Positions 1 through 12,770 of a stretch of 64,000 nt of DNA are shown here, in pieces. Source of the stretch: Azolla caroliniana (Eukaryota; Plantae; Polypodiophyta); contig JBHGNT010000009.1 in assembly GCA_043228905.1 (NCBI GenBank), positions 2,046,001 to 2,110,000 of the forward strand, given 5' to 3'. A program made the position numbers and the translations under genes. Position 1 is the stretch's first letter, and each line of letters starts with the position of its first letter. Under the pieces are notes generated by a model. The model was not told where the DNA came from and did not search any database. It worked only from the letters and a program-made list of their open reading frames with translations.

Positions 1-8
1 TCAAAACA

Positions 9-745
9 ATGGATTTTCAACTGAAATCTGATGTACCGCATCAGATTCTAGCCATATAGACTAAACTCCGATGCAGTGCATCGGATTCTAGCTGTATAGA
101 CTAAAATCCAATATAGTGCATCGGATTTTCAGTTGAAAATCTATTTTTTTATAACTTTTTCTATTTTTTATGGAAAAAAAATATAAAACATTTAAGAACG
201 ATTTAAAAGATAGATTTTCAACTAAGACCCAATTCATTGCATCAGATTCTAGATGTATATACTAAAATTCACTGCAATACATCGAATTTCAATTGATAAT
301 ATAATTTTTTAATTTTTTTAATTTTTTAATGTTTTATTTTGTTATAGAAAAAAATAAAAAATAAAAAATTGTGGATTTTCAACTAAAATTGCGGATTTGC
401 AACTAAAATCCGATGCAATGCATCAGATTCTATATATATAAAGTAAAATACAATGCAATGCATCGGATTTGAGTTGAAAATCCAAGATTTTTTTCATTTT
501 TCATTTTTTTTCATTTTTTAAAGATATTTTAAAAGTGGATTTTCAACTGAAATCCAATGCAATGTATCATACTTTAGTCTATATAGCTAGAATTCAATGC
601 AATGCATTGTGTCTCAATTGAAAATCCAAGAGTTTTTTTTTAATGGAAAATTTTAAAAAAATTCCAAGACTTACAACAGGAATCCGATGCACTACATCGA
701 ATTCTAGATGTATAGAGTAAAATTTGACGTAGTGCATCAAGTCTA
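9..745. repeat. Array of nested palindromic modules, probably the subterminal region of a decayed DNA transposon; may continue left of the window
   Basis: About 11 degenerate copies of the 23-bp palindrome AATCCGATGCA-N-TGCATCGGATT, grouped 2-3 per module and bracketed by TGGATTTTCAACTGAAA...TTTCAGTTGAAAATCCA, separated by A/T-tract spacers. Confidence 0.75.
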
Positions 746-1397
746 GATGGAATGTATCAGATTTTTGTTTAACATCAAAGGCTTACTATGAGAATCTAAC
801 AAAAACGAAAAAGCATCTTTAAGGCATTTTTTTATTCTAATGATTTTGGTAGAATAAACAGTAGCTTGCAGGTTTCTCTCACATAATCAAATATCGTAAA
901 TAGAAAGTACATAATTAAATATCATAAATAAAAAGTGAAGAAGAAAGAATGCATCAAGCACATTGGATAATGTTTATATACTAGTTTATGACTTATCTTT
1001 GACCAAAACATGCTATCTACGACAGACCACAATGAAGATACTAAACGAGAAGATCTCAAATGTGGCTCCAGACACAACACAAAGATAAACAATAAGCATG
1101 ACTTGTAACCAGGATGAGGTTGGATTGCAATTGAATGAAGACAATGCATTAGTTTCCATTGATGATGAGGATGAGACCTCATAAACACCTACTAGTTCAT
1201 CTTATGGGTATGAAGATAGTGGCATAAATTTTCGTACATGCTAGAAATCAATATATTTTTGGGTCATTTTTTTAAATCCTTTACGTATGCAACACCCCTT
1301 TTTTGTGAATCGCCCTAATTTGTGTCATTTTTTTATGGACAGTTCTCAAAATGCAACATACTACCTGTTTCAATTGTCTCGTTGTACTTGGCAGTGA

Positions 1398-2515
1398 TAG
1401 AATATTTCTAGAATATACTAAAGACTAGAATATTCTAGAATGTGTTGTATGCTACAATATATAATACTAAACTAATATATACAAATACATGCTCATATCC
1501 AAATGGTTGAGCATGATGTCTTGTTGAAGTGAGGTTGTAGGTTCAGTCCTCACCAACCATGTATTTTATGTCACGATTGTCTCGTGATATTATCCTCCCC
1601 TTTATGGCCACCTTTTCGAAAGCGTGTTCTAAGGGTGAGCAGGAAGGGGAGCCCCAACAGACGTGAGCGACCATGTGCGGTCATCACCGAAGGCACGAAC
1701 AGTATCGGACGTGAGCAACTATGTCTTGCCCTCATTGGGAACTGGAACACGAACAGGGGTAAGTGACCATGTGTGGCCCTCACCAAGAATTGGAACACGA
1801 ACGGGAGTGAGCGACCATGCGGTCCTCACCGAGAACTAGAACACAAACGGGAGCAGCCTACCATGCGGCCCTCATCGAGAATTGGAACACGAACAGGCGA
1901 AGAGGTGTTGAAAATGATGATGTCGAAGACAAGGATGTTGATGACAGTAACTCTAGAAGAAAGGACGGTGATGATGGTAACTCTAGAAGCAAGGGCGATG
2001 ACAAAGACAGGTGATGCTTCTAGTCATTGACACATCAATCTAGTATTCTCGTTTCACCCCATCTTGTCTCCTTGATGTTTATCTTTGTCTTCATGCTCTT
2101 GTGTCGTTCCTAGCTTCTTAAGTTCCATGCTCTTAGCCCCATCATCCATGCTCCATCCGAGTCAGCGGTTGGTGTGTCCGTGACAGTTTGAATCCCTTGA
2201 AAAGGACCAAAGATGTTACAAGTATTTATACAAGTTTTGAGATTGAATATGTCTAGAATATACTCGAGAAATATCTTTAGAACATACCCAACAAATATCT
2301 CTAGAATATACTTGTCTAGAATACGCCATAGAATATTTGTAGAATATACTAAAGACTAGAATATTCTGGAATGTATGCTAGAATATATAGTACTAAAGTA
2401 ATATATATAAATATATACTCATATCCAAATGGTTGAGCATGATGTCTTGTTGAAGTGAGGTTGTAGGTTCAATCCTCACCAACTATGTATTTTATGTCAC
2501 GATTGTGTCGTGACA
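1398..2515 (-). mobile_element. TRIM-like non-autonomous LTR retrotransposon (TRIM-1), left LTR truncated
   Basis: Direct repeats ~1398-1589 and 2214-2515 (TGTTAC...GTGACA). Minus-strand PPT AAAGGGGAGGATAA at ~1590-1603. PBS-like TGGTCCTTTTCAAGGGATTCAAAC at 2186-2209 (plus strand resembles a tRNA T-arm + CCA end). Non-coding interior with ~46-bp tandem repeats at ~1650-1900. Confidence 0.75.
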
Positions 2516-2518
2516 AAG

Positions 2519-3191
2519 GGTGTCGTATGCCGAGTCAGTTGTTGGGAGCCTAATGTATGTTATGGTTTGCACTAGGCCGGACATTGTATTTACTGTTGGG
2601 ACCGTCAATCGATATATGGGCAATCCTAGAAAGGAACATTGGACAGCTCAGATACCTAAAAGGCACTTCGAGTGTATGCCTTAGGTATGGCTTTGGGAAA
2701 CCCATGCTCGATGGTTTCACAAATTTTGATATGTTAGGTGATGTAGATTCTGTTTGATCCACATCAGGGTATGTGATACCTTATGCAGGGGGAGTGGTGT
2801 CATGGAAATCAAGATTGCAAAAGGTTGTGGTTTTGTCGACCATAGAGGCTGAGTATATGGTTGCAAGAGGCCGGAAAAGAATTGATTTGGATGAGGGATT
2901 TTCTAAGTGAACTAGGAATGAAGCAAGAAAAACTCCTACTTCATTGCAATAATCAGAGTGCCATCCACCTTGCCAAAAATGTTGCCTATCAACCTCATAC
3001 AAAGCACATTCAGAGAAGGTATCACTAGTTACTAGAGAGAGTGGATGAAAATGAGTTTGTTTTCGTGAAGATCCATACCAATAAGAATGGATCAAACATG
3101 CTTACAAAGACTTTATCTATGGAAAAACTCATTGCTTGCCAGTGGAAGATTGGTCTAGTCAATTCCCCCCATACAGGAGTGAAGGGGAGTT
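2519..3191 (+). pseudogene. Ty1/Copia RT-RNaseH remnant ending in a PPT; probable 3' LTR starts at 3192
   Basis: Frameshifted motifs VGSLMYVMVCTRPDI, WKSRLQKVVVLSTIEAEY, KIHTNKNGSNMLTK; PPT GGAGTGAAGGGGAG followed by TGTTATG. Confidence 0.8.
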
Positions 3192-3419
3192 TGTTATGTA
3201 AGCGTGTCCCTCCTAATGGGGGAAGATGACTGAAAAGTGGTGAATCGGTTGGGAGGCCGTGGAGAAGTTAGGGTTATGTACTATTATCTTTGTGTGCATA
3301 AGAGATAGAGAAGTGAAGAGCGAGCGCGAGTGAGATAGAGAAGAATGAAGAAGATAGAGCGAAGGGAGAAAGAAGGCAGTGTTGTGACAGTGCTTGAGAG
3401 GAAGACAAAGCAAAGGGAG

Positions 3420-3423
<4 letters not shown>

Positions 3424-3479
<56 letters not shown>

Positions 3480-3503
3480 TGTGTGTGTGTGTGTGTGTGT
3501 GTG
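3424..3503. repeat. Compound (GA)n(GT)n microsatellite within the putative Copia LTR
   Basis: Directly visible dinucleotide runs. Confidence 0.95.
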
Positions 3504-4331
3504 CGCACACACAATAGAAAGAGAGGGAGTGCAGAAAAAGAGTGTGCAAACATCGTTTTGTGGAACCTGCCCCAAACCCTAAAATGATGTGTGAATCCAA
3601 TGAGGTGGTGTTGATCGCTCCCATTGAAGATGTTCTATTGGAGCAAGTTGCCCGCTAGAGGGCATCAACAAAGTAGAGGAAAACAAAGTGGCGGAAGAGC
3701 CAATGTTCACAATGAGAGAGGATGTTGGTACTAGAGGAAGCAAGGACACATCCAAGTTGATTGTCCAACCAAACAAGCACATGATTGGAATGGGAACCAC
3801 CAATATACGAACTATGTCGTGTGCTCCAATGATAGAGACAATGGTGAAGTGCGCTAATGATGTGATAGTGAGTAGAAAGAAAGAAAGAAAGAAAGAAAAA
3901 TATATTAACGTCTTCTAAGGCCAAATTTGGCCCATGAGACAAATGGTTTACAAAAAATGGGATATTTACCCATTTATCGAAAGTAAAAAATCAAAATAAG
4001 CTAAAAAATAGTTCTAAAAAAAAAACATGTTCTACAATGAAAAGATGTTATACTAGGCCTAATTTCATTTCCATCCAAGTCTCTCGAAGAGAAGCGGGAG
4101 GTCAAAGGGTTGCGATGTGGATGTGGCCCTTGGTCCCAATGTAAAAGGTACCCCAACCATAGCTTCTAGTCGACGTAGCTCACGTTCCCTTATCTTCTTA
4201 ATCTTTTCTACTCCACGTCGACTTGTTTTGAAGCCCAACATCCAAGGGCGTTTGGTTGTTCTTTGTATTTCTGCTTCCTCAAGGGAGAGGTCGAGCGGCG
4301 TAAGTGTATCCACATTCATCGTCTCCCCTTG

Positions 4332-4705
4332 TTACTGAAAAATTACACTAGTTACATGTTGATGAATAGTAAAAGGGTTATGATTAACACTTTGTAATTT
4401 ATTCTCCCTATGTTGTTTTAGCTCTAAGATATACCTACCTAGTCTTTTTACACTCGGGGTATCTAATAGTTTGGAGAGGGTGGGACAGGGTCCTAATATG
4501 TCTTGGTATTCCGCCCGTATCTCGGCATAAGTTGGGCACTTGCATGTGAAGTGATACTCATCCTCCATCTCTATGTGGCATAACCTACATAGCCTTTCCT
4601 CTCAAGGGACTCTATTAGCTCGATCATTCTCAATCTCAAGTTGGTGAGATGATATCCTAAGTTGTCCAATGGCCACCCTTAGGGCATTTGTTAAGAATCT
4701 ATCTA
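4332..4705 (-). mobile_element. 3' fragment of a non-LTR retrotransposon (C-terminal Cys/His domain, RTEX/L1-type)
   Basis: Minus strand reads LRVAIGQLRISSHQLEIENDRANRVP*EERLCRLCHIEMEDEYHFTCKCPTYAEIR, a typical LINE ORF2 C-terminal zinc-binding region. Confidence 0.7.
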
Positions 4706-4779
4706 GAGAACATGACAATGTGGTAATGATATAATATGCATTTAGTGGCAACAACGACAACAGGGTGAGTGAAAGTCAA

Positions 4780-6000
4780 ACATGCTTTGTGAACTTAAGC
4801 ATATCAAACCACATGATAGGCTACAAGGAATGGCGTGAGCGGTTGGAAAAGATTGAAAGACCAAACTAAATAGAAATGGGTGACAACACGACAAACCCTA
4901 TTGAGCATATTGGGGACATCCCAATAATTGTCAAGAGGAAGCAAAGCACATGGAGAATCTACTTCATGTGTTGAATATTGCCAAGAATTAGGTCTTTGTC
5001 AGCCAAATAGTAGAACAAGGCTTAAGTTCAATATTTTTTTGAACGAAAAGGAAAGCTAATGACAAGAGGAAGAAGAGATGGATGAATGTTAGTTGTAGAT
5101 GTTGATGCATAAAGGATGTTAAACCCAATGTTCGCACAAAACTATTCGCGAACAGACATAGACATGTCACACTAATGGATAGGCCACATTAGCACATCTC
5201 ATTAAGCAAAACATTGCAAGAGAAAACGATGACCTAGTTGTCAAGGTTCAAGAACCTTAGGTTTGAGCGGATATGTGAAGCTTGTCAATTGGGTAATCAA
5301 GATAGACATCCCTTCTCAAAAGAAGGACGCCAAAGAGCGAGTGCACTCGAGTTAATACACTCGAATGTCAGTGGGTCGTTCATTAGACCACCCATTAACA
5401 AACTAAAATATTACGTCACCTTCATTGATGACTTCTCAAAGCGAACATGGGTTTATTTTATCAAGCTAAAGAACGAAATCTTCAAGCACTCCAAGTGTAT
5501 GTTTCTGACAGAGGAGCATATTTGTTTGATGAATTCACACACTTCCAGAAAAGACGAGGAACCTAACATTAGCACACCCATGGGTATACACCATAGTAGA
5601 ATGGAGAGGTGGAGCAGAAGAATCGAACAATCGACAACATCATCCAAGCAATGATGGAAGAAAGGAAGCTTCTCTCATACTATTGGGCAGCAACAACAAA
5701 CTCAGTAGTGTACATCGTGAATAGATGTATCACAACGGGGTGAGCAGAAGACCACTCTTGAGGAAAAGTTCTACAAGAAACCAAACCTCTCACACCTAAG
5801 AATTCTTTAGAGTGAATAGCTTTTGTGCATATTGTGGCAAAATTTCAGAACAAGTTGGATGCAATGACGGAGAAGTGCATCTCCATTAGATATTCAGAGG
5901 AGAAGAAGGGTCGTAGGTGTTACAACCCAATAACCAAGAAGATGCATACAAGTGGAGATGTAGTCTTTGGTGAGAAGAGCTCTTGTTACACCAAGGAACT
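4780..6000 (+). pseudogene. Degenerate Ty1/Copia protease-integrase remnant
   Basis: Motifs SNHM, EMGDNTTNPIEHIGDIP, CEACQLGNQDRHPF, LELIHSNV, YYVTFIDDFSKRTWVYF, KGRRCYNP..DVVF with stops and frameshifts; resembles the element at 56162-59435. Confidence 0.85.
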
Positions 6001-6256
6001 AAGCATAGACACGACCAAGATGGCGCTAACTGTACTAGATCATCGGACACTAGTGCAAGGGGTGTAGAGTTTGAATCTTTGCAAGTGTGAATAAAAGAAT
6101 CATCCTTTACTTTTCCTTCTTTTAATGCAAGTGGAGATAGTTTGCCTTTAATGCAAATGACGCACATCTCTCCCTATAAAAGGAGGGGACAATCACTCTT
6201 TTAGGGGTTTAGGAAGCTTGACCTTCGATTTTGGCATTAAGGTATACTTGCTTTTA

Positions 6257-6490
6257 TTTTTAACTATTTCTTCTCTACCTCCTCTTCTACTTCAGAGTTC
6301 TTCATAGTCCTCATCATCATAAAGCTTGTTAACCATGGATGGCTTTGTGAATGGGTCCACGTAGCTCCCTTACAGACCATTTGAAGGGAGCCTTTTGTAT
6401 TATTTTTAACTATTTCTTCTCTACCTCTCCTACTTTGGAGTTCATTGTCATAAAGCTCACTAACCATGGTTGGCTTTTTGAAGGGGCTTG
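6257..6490. repeat. Degenerate direct duplication, ~145-bp spacing
   Basis: ATTTTTAACTATTTCTTCTCTACCTC...CATAAAGCT..TAACCATGG.TGGCTTT appears at ~6257 and ~6402. Confidence 0.6.
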
Positions 6491-8303
6491 GAACACTAGT
6501 TGTTGATTGCGGTCTCTAATTGACATTGTAGAATGATTGGAGTAGAGCACAATAACATTCTCCCTATCCTCTAGTGGGCCAATTAGTATGATTCACACAA
6601 ATTAAAACAGTAGCATTAAGTGCTAACAACCTAGTTGTGATGGGGGTCTCCAATGTGGTTCAAACTTTAGTATTAGAATGACATTTCAAGCCAGAGGTAA
6701 CATATGGTTTAGGCATTTATACAATTGATCCTTATATGCGACATATCATTATTATGGCCTGGCTCATGTAACTTTAAATGATCATAACATTGCCTCAAGA
6801 AAATTTATTTATGCAACAACAAGTTTCAGAAATTATTTACCATTGTAACACCATTTCCCAAGTAGAAAAACATTGTCTTTCAACAAAAAACATTATGCAT
6901 GGTCCTTGACTCCTTCAGCATACATCTAGAGCTATTTATTTAGTGTTGCTTTTTAAAAGAAGTATTTAATTAATTGTAAAGATGATGATCATAAATTTAA
7001 CATAGGACACTTTTTAATGGCTTTCACTGCAATAAAGCATGTAATAATTACATTTACATATCTCAATTTGTATTTCTATTTTCTGATGGGAGTAGTAAGG
7101 GCAATGGTTTCACATTGTGCTTCAAGACTAAATTAATGGAGTTTAAAAAAATTTACAAAGCTAATCCTATAAAGAAATGATGTGGCATAACATTAGGAAA
7201 TATGACTTTACCACATCATGACACAAGGCTTGAAACTTTAATGTAAAGATTTCAAAGCTTTGTCATTCAATAAATGAAATAGCTTCAATGCCCCATCTAA
7301 TATATCAAAAGTAATTACTATACGAATAAATACACCAAATAATTTGTCACTTACATTGTCATAAACTCATAGGAACTTTATATATTCGTTTAACTTTGTA
7401 TCTTTGGATGTATACGTGTGCTCCCTTTTTCAATATCATTTCAAGTCTAGTATTTTTTGTTTCCATTGTGAGGTGTTGGTTGTTCCTCTCATGTCTCTTC
7501 ACTTAATGTGAACCTTCGGAAGATGGAAGCATTTTCAACTACTTATTGATTTCATATGTTGTTGGGCCTAGTATTTTAATCGTCCTTTCCACTATGACCA
7601 TTGCATGAAACCAGAATTTTGAAGTCCACATCCTTAGCTAGAAAAGTTGAATTAGAGGTCAAAAATGGCATTCATGGCCTTGAACATATCTTGATCAAAG
7701 CAATTTAATGGTCTCATAGAGTTGGGATGGACCTTATACAATTTGAAATTTCAAACAAAAAGCAATATTTTTAGTGTTCAAATCAAGGGGGGTATGAGGT
7801 CATTGTTATTTTGGCTTTCTACCTTGACTGTTGTGATCGTCAAGAAAAAGAGATCAATAGACACCCAAACGTCTTATGAGAAACAAACTTTGAACATCCA
7901 TGACAAATGCAAGACACGTGTCCATAAATAATGCTCAAAGAGCTACAATGAAAAGCCAATACCTTAGTGGTTAACACATGGACATCTACTTTCAAGTGCA
8001 TAGACACATTACCTTCATGGGGATGGAGTAAAGTAAACGTCTTAAAACACATGATTGTCATGTGGAGGTCATAAAGTAATGCCTTGACACATGCCTATCA
8101 TTGGGCGGGAGGAAAGTAATGACTAACTTTAATTCTTTTGGAAGAAAGATAATGCATGCAAGTGTAAAAGGTAATGCGTGATATATCATATATGTTTAAA
8201 ATCTATGAGGACCAAGAGAACTCACGTTGCCGGCACACAACTACTCATTGGGGACAACGAAAAGGGATGCATAGAAGCGTCATGAGTAATCCCTCAATTA
8301 AAG

Positions 8304-8354
<51 letters not shown>

Positions 8355-9103
8355 CTAGAGAAGTCTCAAGAAACACCTTTCAAAACAAACGGCAGTTATA
8401 GTTTAGAAATATTTAATGTGAGCAGCTAGAAATTCTCAAAGCTGTGTTGTGGCATGCCTATCCTTTCTTAAGGAATTGGTTAACTTCATATAAATGTATG
8501 ATATAAGAAATGTCTATTAAGAAGTATGCATGACATGCTAGGAGTTTTGACTAGGGTGTCACATGCACAAAGATATGTCCGATGCTAGACAAGGGGAGAC
8601 ACTTAAAGTGAATTCAAGGGTTGTTCAAAAGTACATCCACGTAATTTGGAACATATTGTAAACAAATCCTCATAAATAGAGATACAAAGGAATCAAAGTA
8701 AAATTTTGGCGCAAACAATACAAACACAAACACAAAGTGTAGCACAAACATGTGAATGTCAACATCATGTAGAGCTTACACACACAATAAGAATATTATG
8801 GCAAAAACCATTGCATACCATTTATTTTCATTACTTTGATTTCATATTACAAGATAAAAAGGGGAAAAAACGAAATCATGTTCACAGCTTCTAATAATTA
8901 CAAGAGGAAAAGCAAGAGAAGTCTAGGCAAGTTGTCATACATACATAATCTCTACAAAAATATACAAGTGCAGGGGGGGGGGGGGGGATTTTCGTCACCA
9001 GTCGTAAGTACGCTACTCAAGTGCTTACTGTACTTAATGCGGAAAACTATGGTAATGATCATTATCCTATATATTAATGATCACTTACATATGTGACTAT
9101 AAC

Positions 9104-10616
9104 CTAAACTTCTGACACAAACTTGTACCGTCGGACAACTAGCCGTTTCGATGTTTTCTTGATGAGTCGATGATGGGCATGTGCAGGATGATGGTCATGA
9201 TCATGTGTCTTTCTAGGGGTAGAGTACATTGGCATGCCCACATCATCATTTTTATCATTGTTGTTATCCGCATCAACACTGTTGTTTTGATGAGCATTGT
9301 CGACATGATCCATATGTCTAGTAGGATGAGAGGTGAGTAGTGCAGTGTCCATAGCTTTTCCCATTGCTTCGGGAGCACACCAATTGCAAACCTCGATATA
9401 AATTGACCTCTCATGTGGATACCAATTGCTACAGTACCTATGAGAATCGACACGAGTACCCCATGTCACCAATTTATTATTGAAACGAAGTTGTGAAAAC
9501 AAAGTGGCATACACATGCATGCATGCATACTCATGGGTTGCATGGTATACATCTATGATGTTTGTTGGATCCCTACATGGGTAGTATGAGGGGCAACATA
9601 TATGCAACATACATTCAAGCATGCATGTAAAATCGTACATGCATGCATACAAAATCACACATACATGCATACAAAATCACACATACATGCATATATAAAA
9701 TCACACATGCACATATGCATACATGCTTGCAGAACTAGAGAAGAAATGATGAGAAAGGAAATTATAATCATGTCTTTTCTATATGAATGTGGTCTTCACA
9801 TGAGACAGATCAGCATGAATGGATCAGATGAGGGCATTGTCTACGTGTGTGTGTGTGCGTGTGTGTGAACTCTCCTCACATGCTCACTTTTATTAAATGG
9901 CTCCCATTTCAAGATGATGATGATCCACTCTTTCACACATTGAAGATATCTTTAATTCATTGGAGGGCCCTTCCTTTATTTATGTACCACTACTATTACT
10001 ACAGCTGCTGCTGCTGCTGCTGCCCCATCACTAATTCACTCTGATGTGATCTCTGAAGTTAACTTCCACTTTGTCTCTCTGCTCAGATTTCACACTTTCT
10101 GCTAACTTTGACTTTTATTTCATGACATTATTCATTGTAAACCCAGAAACCAAAAGATGAAAACATGCTCTTCATATACGTGTCTACATAGACATATACA
10201 TTGTATTTATGCATTTGTATGCATGCATGTGTGTATGTGTGTATGTATGTATGTATGTATTTGTATGCATGCATGTATGCGTGTGTATGTATGTATATAT
10301 GTATGTACTTGTATTTTTGCATGTATGTGTGTGTCTATGTATGTATGTATGTATGTATGTATGTATGTATTTGTATGCATGCATGCATGTGTGTGTATGT
10401 ATATATGTATGTACTTGTATGCATGCATGTATGTGTGTGTATGTATATATGTATGTACTTGTATGCATGCATGTATGTGTGTGTCTATGTATGTATGTAT
10501 GTATGTATGTATTTGTATGCATGCATGTATGTGTGTGTATGTATATATGTGTGTACTTGTATTCATGCATGTATGTGTGTGTATGTATATATGTATGTAC
10601 TTGTATGCATGCATGT

Positions 10617-10656
<40 letters not shown>

Positions 10657-11860
10657 ATGTATGTATGTATGTATGTGTGTGTGTGTATGTCTGTATATAT
10701 GAATGTATGAATGTATGAATGTCTGTATGTATGTATGTATGTATGTATGCATGCATGCATGCATGTATGTATGTATGTATGTATGTATGTATGTATGTAT
10801 GTATGTATGTATGTATGTATGTATGTATGTATGTACACACATACATTACCTTTACATATTTACGTATTTTCACATTCCCACATTATATACATACATACAT
10901 ATACATGCTCATACGTAAATAGTGTACATAATGGACGTATATGCATGTATTGTAGGCAGGTAAGGCATACACATTATCTGGTTATGCATGCAATAATCAT
11001 ATATATTGTACACATACAATACATATATACTGGATGTGTATGCAGATGATGTGTATATGTATGTAGCGTACAAGCAAGAGTAAATTTATAAGGCAGCATA
11101 AAACAGTGATATTTTCAGATGATCAGAAGTATATATGCATATACAGGATGTTGGCGCAAAGAAATAGGATCATATGCTGATCGGGATGAAATTAATGAAT
11201 GAAACTAGCACGCAATGTTAGGAGATTCAAAACCTCATACATAGTACATACATACATACATACATACGTATGGCACAACAGTACAAAAACAACAAATCCT
11301 TTCATGGTGTAGGCCCTAAAGCATTAGAAAACCCTAAAACTCTGAAACCCTAGACACTTAACCCCTTTGTATCTCAATCTTTTCGGCCCTTGAAAATCCT
11401 GGTATATACATCTTACCTATGGTTTTCTAGCAGCAGGCATTGCTTAAAAAAAAATGAAAGAAAAGATAGCCATAAACATCAGACCTCCCGACCACATTGC
11501 AGGGTTGCACCGAGCAATGCTCAATGTCAGGCAGGAGCAGACAAATGAAGGAGGAATAATGTGTGAAAGAGAGACAGACAGAGAGCGAGAGTGAGAGAGA
11601 GAGACGTACGTATGTTGATATCTGGAGTTGCATCTGCTGCAGCGGAACAGGTTTCGAACCAATCCCACATCTCCACACATACTGCACTCAGCTACATTGG
11701 TAGCAGGCCCTGCGAATAACCGGCCCTGCTCTGTTGATGCACCATCGCCATCACTCTTATTTCTTTTATATTCCTCCATCCTGACAGGAGTTATGGTGAT
11801 ATTGCTCTTATTGATACTGTTATTGCTTCTAATCATGAACCTTTGCTTCTTCCAATCCAT
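9104..11860 (-). CDS. Small plant PHD-like zinc-finger protein (At3g60520/At1g02070-like family), 2 exons, ~194 aa
   Basis: Exon 1 11860-11610 (MDWKKQ...ECSMCGDVGLVRNLFRCSRCNSRYQH; donor AC|GTACGT). Exon 2 9437-9104 (acceptor TAG|G; YCSNWYP...VCNWC...VVRRYKFVSEV*). Splicing gives 585 nt in frame and completes a C4-H-C3 finger; C-terminal RRYK..EV motif recalled for the family. Confidence 0.88.
10205..10835. repeat. Long compound (TGTA)n/(TGCA)n/(TG)n microsatellite with higher-order periodicity, in the zinc-finger gene intron
   Basis: Directly visible; block TATATATGTATGTACTTGTATGCATGCATGTATGTGTG recurs several times. Confidence 0.95.
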
Positions 11861-12075
11861 GCCCCCCTTCACTCCATCGCCATCGCCATCGCCATCACAA
11901 TTTTTCCACTTGTTAGATCTTCCCCGGATTTCTGCTTCTGTTCTTTAATATTACACGAATCAGAAGAGGAATACTGACTTAAAAATCGATGAAATCTGTG
12001 GCAAATGAAATCTTGCATTAGCAGTGCAGGGGACCTCTACATCACGACTACTGATAATGATGAATAAAGTAAAGA

Positions 12076-12111
<36 letters not shown>

Positions 12112-12545
12112 AGCCCAACAATCCCGATGTGAGTGCGTGTTCTTTTATAGAGAGAGAGAGAGAGAGAGAGAAGGGAGGGGTAATACTGCTATTAATTAAA
12201 ACTTAATAACGAGATTATTGATGCCAATTCTGCTGCTACTGCTGCTGTTAGCTATGGAAGCAAAGAAGGGGAGGGAAGGAGGGAGGAGGGGAGGATGCGA
12301 TTAATTAAAAAGGAGGCACTTGTTATTTAAAGAAGAAAAGGAATTAAAGAAACAGAGACTTCTAGAGAGGGAGAGACAGAGACAGAGAGAAATGTGTGTG
12401 TGTGTGTGTGTGTAAGCGTTTATATATGTACATATGAACCTTAACCTCTTTTTAATCCTTGAGTTAAGCTAGTAAGATTCGAACCCTGCTCTCCTCCTTA
12501 CCTTAAAGAACCTTACATATATATATATATACTATAATATCTGAA

Positions 12546-12635
12546 TGTATGTATGTATGTATGTATGTATATGTATATATATAATAATGTATATATATTT
12601 ATATCAATATGTATGTGTGTATATTTATATGTATG

Positions 12636-12667
<32 letters not shown>

Positions 12668-12770
12668 TGTATATGTATATATTTAAATATGCATCTACAT
12701 ACAGTTACATATACATATACATGTACACATGCACACCACAATATGCATATACATATACATATATATATAT
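12546..12770. repeat. (TGTA)n/(TA)n low-complexity tract upstream of the zinc-finger gene
   Basis: Directly visible. Confidence 0.85.

Noticed and set aside
9-745. CRISPR-like palindromic repeat array
   Set aside because: Linkers are repeated or low-complexity rather than unique spacers, repeats are degenerate, there are no cas genes and the context is eukaryotic.
1491-1560. Intact tRNA gene
   Set aside because: A/B-box resemblance only; no convincing acceptor or anticodon stems, and it is duplicated as part of an LTR.
3213-3624. ORFs with SLSLSL/ERERER/THTHTH runs (also near 26749 and 60524-61097)
   Set aside because: Translations of GA/GT microsatellites.
10157-11049. Multiple 100-230-aa ORFs (YIHT/CMYV repeats)
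   Set aside because: Artefacts of a stop-free TGTA microsatellite inside an intron.
11328-11352. Two AAACCCTA telo-box motifs
   Set aside because: Intronic, only two copies, no further support for function or an interstitial telomere.
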